The position numbers and the translations under genes are program-made. Of a stretch of 64,000 bases of DNA, positions 55,000 to 64,000 are shown one piece after another. The notes below the pieces were generated by a model that was given only the letters and a program-made list of their open reading frames with translations, did not search any database and was not told the DNA's origin. This DNA is from a bacterium (GTDB lineage Bacteria; UBA8248). Where the stretch lies: the NCBI GenBank assembly GCA_965261085.1, contig OZ253442.1:2688001-2752000 (forward strand), in the 5' to 3' direction. The stretch's first letter is position 1; each line of letters begins with the position of its first letter.

Positions 55000-56151
55000 T
55001 CAAGAATCGAATAGATAACGGCAGATAAGATTGCGATGCACTTCGCTCGTTCCTTCCCCGAGAGTGAACACCCGGGCATCGCGCCAGAACATCCCCGCCG
55101 GCGTTTCGCCGATATATCCATACCCGCCGTGTATCTGAATACCACTGTCGCATACGCGAAGGCAGGCTTCTGAGGCGAAAAGTTTCGCCATGGCCACTTC
55201 TTCCTTGTTATCTCCACCCTGGTCCCGGATTTTCGCCGCATGGACGACCATCTCACGCGCAGTGGCGATGTCGATGGCGCTATCGGCCATCATCCCGCGC
55301 AAGCCGGCGAAATCAGAGACGGGCTTGCCGAACGCTTCGCGCTTCTTCGCATGGGATACCGCCGCTCCGAGCGATGCCTGCGCTATCCCGACACACATCG
55401 CACCCAGCACGACTCTCCCGTCATTTAGAACCTGCATCGCCTGTCGCAGGCCGTCCCCCTCATCACCGATGAGGCGGTCCGCCGGGATCTCGCAATTCTC
55501 AAAAAAGATTTCCGCCGCACCTGATGAGCGCATCCCGAGAGGCTGGGCGACGGCGACGCTTCTGCGCCCTTCATCTCCCTTTTCTATCAAAAATGCGCTG
55601 ATGCCGTTCTTCCCCTCCGAGGTGCGCGCAAAGATGACCATGCTCTCGAAATCCATGCCTTGGGTGACGAACATTTTTGCGCCGTTGATGATAAAAGTGT
55701 CCCCTTGCCGCCTCGCCTCGCACTCGAGAGCCGCCGCGTGACTGCCGGCCACCCGCTCGGTGATCGCCCATGCGCCGATGGCGCCCTTCGTGAGAGAAGG
55801 AATACGGCTTTTTTTCTGCTCATCCGCCCCATAATGCAGCAAATGACCACCACACAGGCCCGCCGATATGCTGATCGTGAGCGCAAAACTCGGGTCGCCA
55901 CCGGCCAGTTCCTCCATGATGAGACATTCCTGAAACAATCCAAGGCCGGAACCGCCCAGACTTTCAGGTATTTTGACACCAATGAACCCCGCTTCTGCCG
56001 CGTCTTTGTACAACTCGATAGAGAACGACGCATCCCGGTCGCGCTCCAGGGCGCCTGGAGCGAGCCGTCTTTGGGAGAAGACGCTAGCCTCTTCCTGGAG
56101 GAGCGCTTCTTTTTCCGTTAATTCCGTGTTCGTCATGACAGGCAACGTCAT
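55000..56151 (-). CDS. Acyl-CoA dehydrogenase
   Basis: WAITERVAGS, NGAKMFVT, IQIHGGYGY, GEGTSE. Confidence 0.93.
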   Translation of the reverse strand: MTLPVMTNTELTEKEALLQEEASVFSQRRLAPGALERDRDASFSIELYKDAAEAGFIGVKIPESLGGSGLGLFQECLIMEELAGGDPSFALTISISAGLCGGHLLHYGADEQKKSRIPSLTKGAIGAWAITERVAGSHAAALECEARRQGDTFIINGAKMFVTQGMDFESMVIFARTSEGKNGISAFLIEKGDEGRRSVAVAQPLGMRSSGAAEIFFENCEIPADRLIGDEGDGLRQAMQVLNDGRVVLGAMCVGIAQASLGAAVSHAKKREAFGKPVSDFAGLRGMMADSAIDIATAREMVVHAAKIRDQGGDNKEEVAMAKLFASEACLRVCDSGIQIHGGYGYIGETPAGMFWRDARVFTLGEGTSEVHRNLICRYLFDS

Positions 56152-57140
56152 TATCCTCCATGCGCCTGGAGCGCCGGTATGATTTCTTCGCCTAAAAGGG
56201 TCAACCTGTGAGGGTTTGTATCCAGATCCGGTATGGTGACCAGAATGTGGTTCACGCCCGCTTTAGGATATTCCTTAAGACGCGCAATGCAATCATCAGG
56301 CGTTCCATAGACGGTCCCCGATTCCGGGATGACGCTCAATTTTTCACGAGCCACCCTCGCTACCGCCCTGTCCTTCTCGGGAATCACCATGACCATGAGA
56401 GAGGCCCTTATCGCCTCCGGGTCCCTTCCCGCTTTTTTGCATTCCGCTTCAATCACGGGTCTTTTCTCCAGAAACTGCGCAGGATTCCACCAGCGGCAAT
56501 TGTAGCCATCCGCCTGACGGGCCGAAACGCCGAGCAGTTTATCTCCCTCACCTCCCGTCCATATCGGCGGGTGCGGTTTTTGAGCAGGAGGCGGGTCGCA
56601 AACGCCGTTTTGAATTTGAAAATATCCGCCTTCGAAATGGGGGGCGGGTTCGGTCCACATCCCGCGTATCAACAGAATGGCCTCTTCGAGTTGTTTTATC
56701 CGTACGGAAGCGCTCGGATATGGATACCCGAAAGAATGGTATTCATTTTCGATCCAGCCGGCTCCAATCCCGAAATCCACGCGGCCTTTGCTGATCACGT
56801 CTACCGTCGCAGCCGTCTTCGCCAGCATGGCCGGCGGCCGATATCCCACGCACGTCACCAATGTACCCAGCCGCAGGGTTTCTGTGTCGCGCGCGAGGGC
56901 GGCCAGGGTCGTCCAGGGCTCGAGAATCGCAGTGTCGGCGGATTGTTCTTTCTCATCCTGAGCGCCGAAGCCCGTCTGGTTCCCATAGGAAGCGGGATCG
57001 AGCGTCACGAAATGATCGCAATGCCAAAGCGAACCGATCCCGATTCTCTCCGCCTCCTGGGCGATTTCCCTCAACTTCTCATAGTCGCCGATATACGTGC
57101 CTTTGAGCGTCAACGCGACGATGATACCGACTTCCAGCAT
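56151..57140 (-). CDS. LLM-class (luciferase-like, possibly F420-dependent) oxidoreductase
   Basis: CDHF, EPWTTLAALA, RLGTLV, GIGAGW..EY, PPIWTGG. Confidence 0.9.
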   Translation of the reverse strand: MLEVGIIVALTLKGTYIGDYEKLREIAQEAERIGIGSLWHCDHFVTLDPASYGNQTGFGAQDEKEQSADTAILEPWTTLAALARDTETLRLGTLVTCVGYRPPAMLAKTAATVDVISKGRVDFGIGAGWIENEYHSFGYPYPSASVRIKQLEEAILLIRGMWTEPAPHFEGGYFQIQNGVCDPPPAQKPHPPIWTGGEGDKLLGVSARQADGYNCRWWNPAQFLEKRPVIEAECKKAGRDPEAIRASLMVMVIPEKDRAVARVAREKLSVIPESGTVYGTPDDCIARLKEYPKAGVNHILVTIPDLDTNPHRLTLLGEEIIPALQAHGG

Positions 57141-57263
57141 AGTGTTCCTCTCATACATACGAATACCAGAAACCTGTTTTGCGCTCTCACTTTATCAGCA
57201 TTTGGGACGCGAGACGAGCAAAATTGAATTGCTCCGCCCGGGCGGGCGACCTTTTCCTGAAAT

Positions 57264-58145
57264 CTATTTGCCCAAAACGACCCCAACGGCTCCCAGGACG
57301 GACAAGAAACCTCCGATGACGACACGCCAGCCCACCGCCTCTTGTTTTCTAAAAAACACCCAGGACAGAAAAATGATGAGCAACACCGAGAGGCGGTTGA
57401 GCGGAATAAGCTGAACGATGTCCCCTGTTTTAATGGACGACCAGAAGAAAAAAGCGGCCATGGCATTCAGGCATGCACCACACAGAACGGCCAACAAGCC
57501 TTTTTTGTCCCAAGATTTTGCTTTTCTCCCTTCCCCGGTGACAGACAAAACAATCAGCATGGAACAAAATCCCATTATGCTGGCAATCGTCATACCCAGG
57601 GAGGCGGATTTTATCACCTGTAAACCAAATTTCCCGAATATGTGCGTCATCGCGAACAGAATGGCCGTACCCAGAGGGACCACGTAATAATACAAGGGGA
57701 TGCGCTTTTGAATCTCGCCTTTTTCATACACCAGAAGAATCGAGCCCATCATGATGGCAAGCGTCCCGGCCGCGATGATCCACGTCATCTGCTCCCCTGC
57801 GAAAACCACCGCAAACAACGACGCCCACACGAGACTCGTTTGGGTGACGATGGAGGAACGCGCCAACCCCACCAGCTTCATGCCGACGAGGCTCAGGTAG
57901 CGGCCGATGAACGAGCCCGAGACACCCATGGCGGCGAACCAGAGGATACCTCCGAGCGGCCAATCCGCCACACCGCCTTCCAGGAAGTAAAAAACAGTGC
58001 CGAAACACACTTGCACGGGAGCCATGATGACGTTCATCACAACGGGACTCAGGCGCGCCACGCCTGCGCGGTAAAGAGTTCGTGCGGAAGCGATAAAACA
58101 AGCGGCGATGAGAGCCAGAATATTGGGATGGATGGAATCAACCAA
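57264..58145 (-). CDS. EamA/DMT family transporter
   Basis: About 10 TM helices in two EamA repeats. Confidence 0.85.
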   Translation of the reverse strand: MVDSIHPNILALIAACFIASARTLYRAGVARLSPVVMNVIMAPVQVCFGTVFYFLEGGVADWPLGGILWFAAMGVSGSFIGRYLSLVGMKLVGLARSSIVTQTSLVWASLFAVVFAGEQMTWIIAAGTLAIMMGSILLVYEKGEIQKRIPLYYYVVPLGTAILFAMTHIFGKFGLQVIKSASLGMTIASIMGFCSMLIVLSVTGEGRKAKSWDKKGLLAVLCGACLNAMAAFFFWSSIKTGDIVQLIPLNRLSVLLIIFLSWVFFRKQEAVGWRVVIGGFLSVLGAVGVVLGK

Positions 58146-58148
58146 CGC

Positions 58149-59036
58149 TTATCTTCCCGTCACGGTAAAGAAAGCGCCCGCAAGAGCAATCAGCGCGCCG
58201 AGGACGACGCGCCACGTCACGTTTTCCTGTTGTCTGAAGAAAAGCCACGAGAGGAAGATGATCAACAAGACGGCCAGGCGGGTTAAGGGGATGACGCGGG
58301 TGATTTCACCGAGTTTCACCGCAGACCAGAAGAAGAAAATACCGCACCCCTGCAACACGGCGCCTAGGAGGAGGACCAGAAGGCCTTTGTTGTCGCCGCC
58401 TGCGCCCGGGTTTGTTTGCCCTTGCGTGAAGGGGAGCATTCCCAACAGGATCGTGAGAGAAGTCGTGTTGGCTATCGCCATCCCGATAGCGGAGGAGGAA
58501 ATCCATTCGAATGCAAATTTTCCCACCAGATGCGCGAATGCGTACATCAGCGCGGACACGATCGGGATCAGGTAGTAATGCAGTGGAATCCTGTGACGGA
58601 CATCCCCCCTTGGACTGTAAACGAGCATGCCCGCCCCGCACATGACGCCCAAAATCCCAAGCGCTTTCTGAGGCGACATACTCTCGCCCAGTATGAAAAC
58701 GGCCAGAACCGACGACCACACCAGAACGGTCTGGTTCATCACCGCCGCGCGCGCCAGGCCTGTATAGCGGATGGCGACGAAATTGATGTATCTGCCCAAA
58801 AAACTCCCAAAAAATCCCATGGCCATGAACCAGAGAACGCCTTGGTAGGGTATCTGGTCGAGCGGGCCCTCTATCCAGTAGAAAAACCAACCGAGAGTGG
58901 TCGTCACACATGCCATAACCAGATTGGCCGTGTGCATTTTCATGCGCGGTATCGCATAGCGCTGCGAAACGCGGGCGAAGGCAATGAGCGTGGCGCAGCT
59001 GAGCGCTAAAATGTTGGGATGGATGCCGTCAAGCAA
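58149..59036 (-). CDS. EamA/DMT family transporter (paralog of the adjacent gene)
   Basis: About 10 TM helices; shares IHPNILAL, RIPLxYY and AVLLIIFLSW-like segments with its neighbour. Confidence 0.85.
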   Translation of the reverse strand: MLDGIHPNILALSCATLIAFARVSQRYAIPRMKMHTANLVMACVTTTLGWFFYWIEGPLDQIPYQGVLWFMAMGFFGSFLGRYINFVAIRYTGLARAAVMNQTVLVWSSVLAVFILGESMSPQKALGILGVMCGAGMLVYSPRGDVRHRIPLHYYLIPIVSALMYAFAHLVGKFAFEWISSSAIGMAIANTTSLTILLGMLPFTQGQTNPGAGGDNKGLLVLLLGAVLQGCGIFFFWSAVKLGEITRVIPLTRLAVLLIIFLSWLFFRQQENVTWRVVLGALIALAGAFFTVTGR

Positions 59037-59395
59037 AACGTCGGCCTTTTATGAAAAACTCATTTCCCCCATGCTTCCATCATGAGACCCTGGATACGCA
59101 CGGTACTGTCGATAATCCGCCTTAGACGGCACCCGAGATTTCAAAAAACGAAGTTGAGAGTGATAAAGAGGGCTTGCAAGGACTCAGAATGTGGATGAAG
59201 GATTCCGCTCAAAGGATTTCCTAACAGGCAGTATATGGAGTAATGATTATGGCACGGAATGCGTCTTTCAGGATAGCTTCAGGCGCTATGAAACGCACGA
59301 AACGGCATGGATAGCGATTCGAGATGAGAGGGATTCGGAGGAGCCAGCCCCTAAAACCGCGTGGGCCGGCAATGAATCGAGTCTCCGGGGGACGG

Positions 59396-59860
59396 CTACA
59401 TCTCCTCTAGGCTCTTGTCGACGACTTTAGGACCTCGATATCCCAGAAGATTCTCGACGTAGGGGCAATCCTCGGGAAGAGCACCCATTTCGATGATTTC
59501 AGGGCCAATCGGCATGCACATCGGCTCTTTCTCGAAGCGATCGGCATAGACTCGACAGTGGTTCGTCTCGACTTCGAGTTGCGGGCATGCACTCGTCAAC
59601 AAGAGCAGCCTGTCTCCCTCCCACACCTTGTCGTAACAACACTTCCCGCAGCCGGTGCAAAGAGCTTCCCACTCGGGCGTGCCAACGGGAGGCAGGTTCT
59701 CGTCCATCCACCTCTGGATTTCATCCAGGCGGCGCTCTTTTTTCGTCTTGTGCATCGGGATGAGTTCGGGGCCGTCTTGCTTTCGGCCCTTTGACGCAGA
59801 TACTTTCCAGATACGGTCGCCCTTCTTCCCTTTTATTTTTAATGGCTTTATCCGTTTCAT
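59396..59860 (-). CDS. YcgN/UPF0260-like cysteine-cluster (CxxCxxCC) protein
   Basis: EWEALCTGCGKCC, AC, CRVYADR, LPEDCPY. Confidence 0.88.
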   Translation of the reverse strand: MKRIKPLKIKGKKGDRIWKVSASKGRKQDGPELIPMHKTKKERRLDEIQRWMDENLPPVGTPEWEALCTGCGKCCYDKVWEGDRLLLLTSACPQLEVETNHCRVYADRFEKEPMCMPIGPEIIEMGALPEDCPYVENLLGYRGPKVVDKSLEEM

Positions 59861-59884
59861 GGATGAGCCTTCGGTGAGGCGGGA

Positions 59885-60667
<783 letters not shown>

Positions 60668-60878
60668 TGGTTTAGAATCCTATTGCTTAAGTCTATTATC
60701 AGCAAAATACATGTACGGAAAAACCCCGCTAATTTATCGTATTTTATCGAATTTTTCAGGTTTAATCCGCCTCCAAAACCAGCATCACAGCCTGCGAGAC
60801 GAAGCGGTTATTCCATCGTCCGCGGCGCGCCCATTCCGTTCGACAAGCGCCCGGGATTCTCCACATAATCGGGAAACC

Positions 60879-62069
60879 CTAATCCCCATACGCCTCGACT
60901 ATCACCGAAAGGCCCATGCCGCCGCCGATGCAGGCGCCCGCCAGACCGTACTTCCCGCCCCGGCGCCTGAGCTCGTGTAGTATCGTGAGCGTGAGCCGCG
61001 CTCCGCTCGCGCCCACGGGATGTCCGATAGCGATGGCGCCGCCGTTTACGTTCGTCTTCTCACGGTCCAGACCCAGGTCCTTCTCCACCGCCAGATACTG
61101 GGCGGAGAACGCCTCGTTGATCTCGATCAAATCCATATCGTCGAGTTGTAAACCCGCTTTCCTGAGCGCGATGCGGCTGCTCTCCGCCGGGCCGATGCCC
61201 ATGATTGTGGGGTCACACCCCGAAACGCCCCAGGAGACGAGCCGCCCGATGGGTTTTCGGCCCAGACGCTCCGCCGCCGCGCGCGAGGAAATCACGAGCG
61301 CCGCCGCCCCGTCGTTGATGCCGCTGGCGTTGCCCGCCGTCACCACGCCGTCTTCCTTGAATGCGGGCCTGAGCCTCGCGAGCGATTCCTCGTTCGAATC
61401 CGCCCGGGGATGCTCGTCGCGATCGAACGTAATCGTCTTCCTCCGCTCTTTCACCTCGACGGCGAAACATTCCTCCGCCAGCCGTCCGCTCTCCCACGCA
61501 TCGTGTGTCCGCGCCTGAGAGAGAGCGGCGAACTCATCCACCGCCTCTCGGTGCAGATCGTATTTATCCGCCAGATTCTCCGCCGTGATGCCCATGGGCA
61601 CGTTGGCCTGAGTATCGGTGAGCGCCGTGTAGAGGCCATCTTCCATCGGGGCCTGGAATAGCTTCATGCCGGTTCTGGAATTTCTGATCACGTGCGGCGT
61701 CAGGCTCATGTTCTCAGCCCCCACGGCGAGCACCACGTCGGCGTCTTCGGTCATGATTTCCTTGGCGCCGCTCAGTACCGCCTGAAATCCCGAGGCGCAC
61801 ATGCGGTTCACGCAGTAGCCGGGCCTGTCCAGCGGAACGCCCGCGGCCAGCGCGACGTGCCGCCCGATGTAGACGCCGTCCGAGTTCGACTGGATCACGT
61901 TGCCAACCACGGTGTGGTCGATGTCTTCGGGCGAGACGCCTGCGCGCGTCATCGCCTCTTTCGCCGCCAGCGCGCCCAGTTCCGTGGCCGACATCTCCTT
62001 CAAGGCGCCCAGAAAAGCGCCGAACGGCGTCCGCGCTCCGCCCAGAAAAACGATATCCTTATCCGACAT
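60879..62069 (-). CDS. Acetyl-CoA C-acyltransferase (thiolase)
   Basis: NRMCASG, NEAF, GHPVGASG, CIGGG. Confidence 0.96.
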   Translation of the reverse strand: MSDKDIVFLGGARTPFGAFLGALKEMSATELGALAAKEAMTRAGVSPEDIDHTVVGNVIQSNSDGVYIGRHVALAAGVPLDRPGYCVNRMCASGFQAVLSGAKEIMTEDADVVLAVGAENMSLTPHVIRNSRTGMKLFQAPMEDGLYTALTDTQANVPMGITAENLADKYDLHREAVDEFAALSQARTHDAWESGRLAEECFAVEVKERRKTITFDRDEHPRADSNEESLARLRPAFKEDGVVTAGNASGINDGAAALVISSRAAAERLGRKPIGRLVSWGVSGCDPTIMGIGPAESSRIALRKAGLQLDDMDLIEINEAFSAQYLAVEKDLGLDREKTNVNGGAIAIGHPVGASGARLTLTILHELRRRGGKYGLAGACIGGGMGLSVIVEAYGD

Positions 62070-62347
62070 TCCCCTATTCCTCCCGGTTCAAATGTAAGGA
62101 AACATAATTTCAGTTTGTCCTGCTTTGTAGTGCCCTCAACATAACGCCAAGGCGAAGCGAAGCGCAAGGGGAGTCCATGCGGTGGCTAAGGAGGGTTACA
62201 GAAAATTGAACGCCGTGCCATTCGAAGAGACGAGCCGGAATTAGACAACTTCAGCGGTGAGGTGGATGACACCCTCTGAATGGCAATGGATGTCCATGTC
62301 TTGAATTCAGCGCGATTGAGGTTGTGGAAGTGAAGAAAATGCAGCCA

Positions 62348-62539
62348 CTCGCAGTGATTACCGAGGCCGGGACTCCCGGTTCGGTCGAACTGCATGAGCG
62401 ATTCGGCTTCCGGCCTATCGGTACGCTCGAAGCAGTAGGCATCAAGCACGATCAATGGATCGACACGTTCCTCATCCAGCGCGCGCTCCGCCGGCGTCCG
62501 CCTTCGGAGCCTCTCATTCCGTCGGCAATACAGGAATGA
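62348..62539 (+). pseudogene. C-terminal fragment of a phosphinothricin-acetyltransferase-like GNAT
   Basis: LAVITEAGTPGSVELHERFGFRPIGTLEAVGIKHDQWIDT; the N-terminal two-thirds is absent. Confidence 0.65.
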
Positions 62540-62716
62540 ACCCGTCAGGATACCCGCCCGGTTTGCGCCGTTTCTTTATGGCTTTATGCCGGGCCGGGCG
62601 CGATGGCGTCCTCGCCATGCAGCCGCCTGCGCATGCACCCGGGATCATCACGCGAGGGGTTCGGCGCGGAGGCTCCTGAAAGCGCAGCCGGTCGTGCCGT
62701 CATGTAAAAAGCCGTG

Positions 62717-64000
62717 CTAGGCGGTTTGCCGGTCCGAATCAAAGACCTCCCATTCATGCTGAAAATCCATGAAAGCGTCACGGAGACGCCGGACCAGTTC
62801 ATCGCATTCGGCCTCGGTGATCGTCAGCGGCGGAGAGACGATGAACCAGTCACCACCATGCACGCCGCTGGCCATGCGGCGGCCATAGATAAAAAGGCCG
62901 TGATGGAGCGCGTGAATGCGTATCTTCTCCACAGGCAGAAAAGACGCAGGCAACCGCTCTTTCGTCGTCTTGTCGGCGACCATTTCCACGGCCATCAAAA
63001 GGCCCAGCCCGCGGATATCGCCGATTACCGGAAAATCGGCCGCCAACGCCTCCAGTTTGCAGCGCAGAGAGGCTCCTCGCTCCGCCGCCGCGGCGACGAG
63101 GTTCAGCCGCTCGTATTCCTCGAGCACGGCCACGCCCGTGGCGCAGGTGATCGGATTGGCGTTGTAGGTGTGTGAAAAGTTGTAGCCGGTCAGATCCGCC
63201 AGATGGTCGGCCATGGCGGCCGGGATCAGAACCGCCCCCAGGGGAGCATAGCCCGACCCCAGTCCCTTGGCCATCACCACGATGTCCGGCAAGGCCTCGG
63301 GCCAATGGTGGGCGGCGAGAAAGCGGCCCGAGCGACCGGTTCCGCAAAGAACCTCATCGAAGACCAGATAGATGCCGTAGCGGCTGCAAATCTCCCGCAC
63401 GCGGCGGAAATAGCGCGCGGGCGGTACGACGCAGCCGGTGGCGACTCCGCCGATCGGCTCGATCACGAAGGCCAATACGTTTTCCGGGCCGAGGTCGCGT
63501 ATCTTCTCTTCAAGAGCATCGGCGCATTCGTCCGCAAAGCTCTCCACCGTGTGGCCCTCCGGCACGCGGTAGGAGATCGGCGCCGGCGCTTTCGCCGAAG
63601 CCACGGCGAAACCGTCCAGAAAGGGTCCCAGCCCCTCATCTCCGGACATGCCGAGGGCCGCAATGGTCCCGCCGTGATAGGAGGGCTGGCAACTGATTAT
63701 CTTCCGGCGCTGGGCGGCGCCGGTCGCGACGACATATTGGCGCAGGAACTTGATTGAGATCTCCACGGCCTCGCTGCCGCCCGAGGCGAGACAAACCCGC
63801 TCATAACCGGGTCCGGCCAGCTCCGCAATGCGCGCAGTCAGGGCCATGTTCGGTCGATGCCGGGAGAGTCGGGAATAAGCATAGTCCAATGTGCGGGCCT
63901 GATCGGCCATGGCTTGGGCCACGCGAACATTGCCGTGGCCGATATTGCTGACGACCGGCCCGGAGCAGCCATCGATGTACTCTTTGCCATCCTCATCCCA
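62717..64000 (-). CDS. Class III PLP-dependent aminotransferase, 5'-truncated by window edge
   Basis: Frame is open from 64000 (WDEDGKEYIDGCSG..NIGHG); GSEA, SYHG, DEVLCGTGRSG, AKGL. Confidence 0.93.
   Translation of the reverse strand, partial: WDEDGKEYIDGCSGPVVSNIGHGNVRVAQAMADQARTLDYAYSRLSRHRPNMALTARIAELAGPGYERVCLASGGSEAVEISIKFLRQYVVATGAAQRRKIISCQPSYHGGTIAALGMSGDEGLGPFLDGFAVASAKAPAPISYRVPEGHTVESFADECADALEEKIRDLGPENVLAFVIEPIGGVATGCVVPPARYFRRVREICSRYGIYLVFDEVLCGTGRSGRFLAAHHWPEALPDIVVMAKGLGSGYAPLGAVLIPAAMADHLADLTGYNFSHTYNANPITCATGVAVLEEYERLNLVAAAAERGASLRCKLEALAADFPVIGDIRGLGLLMAVEMVADKTTKERLPASFLPVEKIRIHALHHGLFIYGRRMASGVHGGDWFIVSPPLTITEAECDELVRRLRDAFMDFQHEWEVFDSDRQTA

Noticed and set aside
59037-59395. 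79-aa ORF (59191-59430), sigma54-like TGGCAC and a GAAAC pair in the intergenic gap
   Set aside because: The ORF has no RBS or motif; the -24/-12 spacing is wrong; the GAAAC period is 9 bp, not 11

Overview
GC-rich bacterial chromosomal window, gene-dense and dominated by transport and catabolism of small organic and nitrogen compounds. It holds a TctCBA transporter, a FadR-controlled three-subunit oxalate-oxidoreductase-like 2-oxoacid:ferredoxin oxidoreductase, two ABC systems plus an orphan binding protein, glnE, pckA, ygfZ, tRNA-Gly(GCC), an mtaB-led operon, coxM/S/D/E-like genes with no large subunit, a GlnR-like regulator next to glnA, and acyl-CoA metabolism genes. Features the ORF track misses: (1) a DsbA/FrnE-family selenoprotein with an in-frame TGA giving a U-P-W-C active site; (2) a probable CTG start for the next gene, which is in frame with the selenoprotein; (3) an internally deleted HEPN toxin beside an intact MNT antitoxin; (4) 11-bp-phased GlnR-like boxes upstream of glnA; (5) a low-GC insert encoding a restriction-endonuclease-like protein. 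No CRISPR array, rRNA, transposase or integrase was seen. All assignments are by-eye motif recognition without database searches. Several start codons were moved from the ORF track using RBS and motif evidence.
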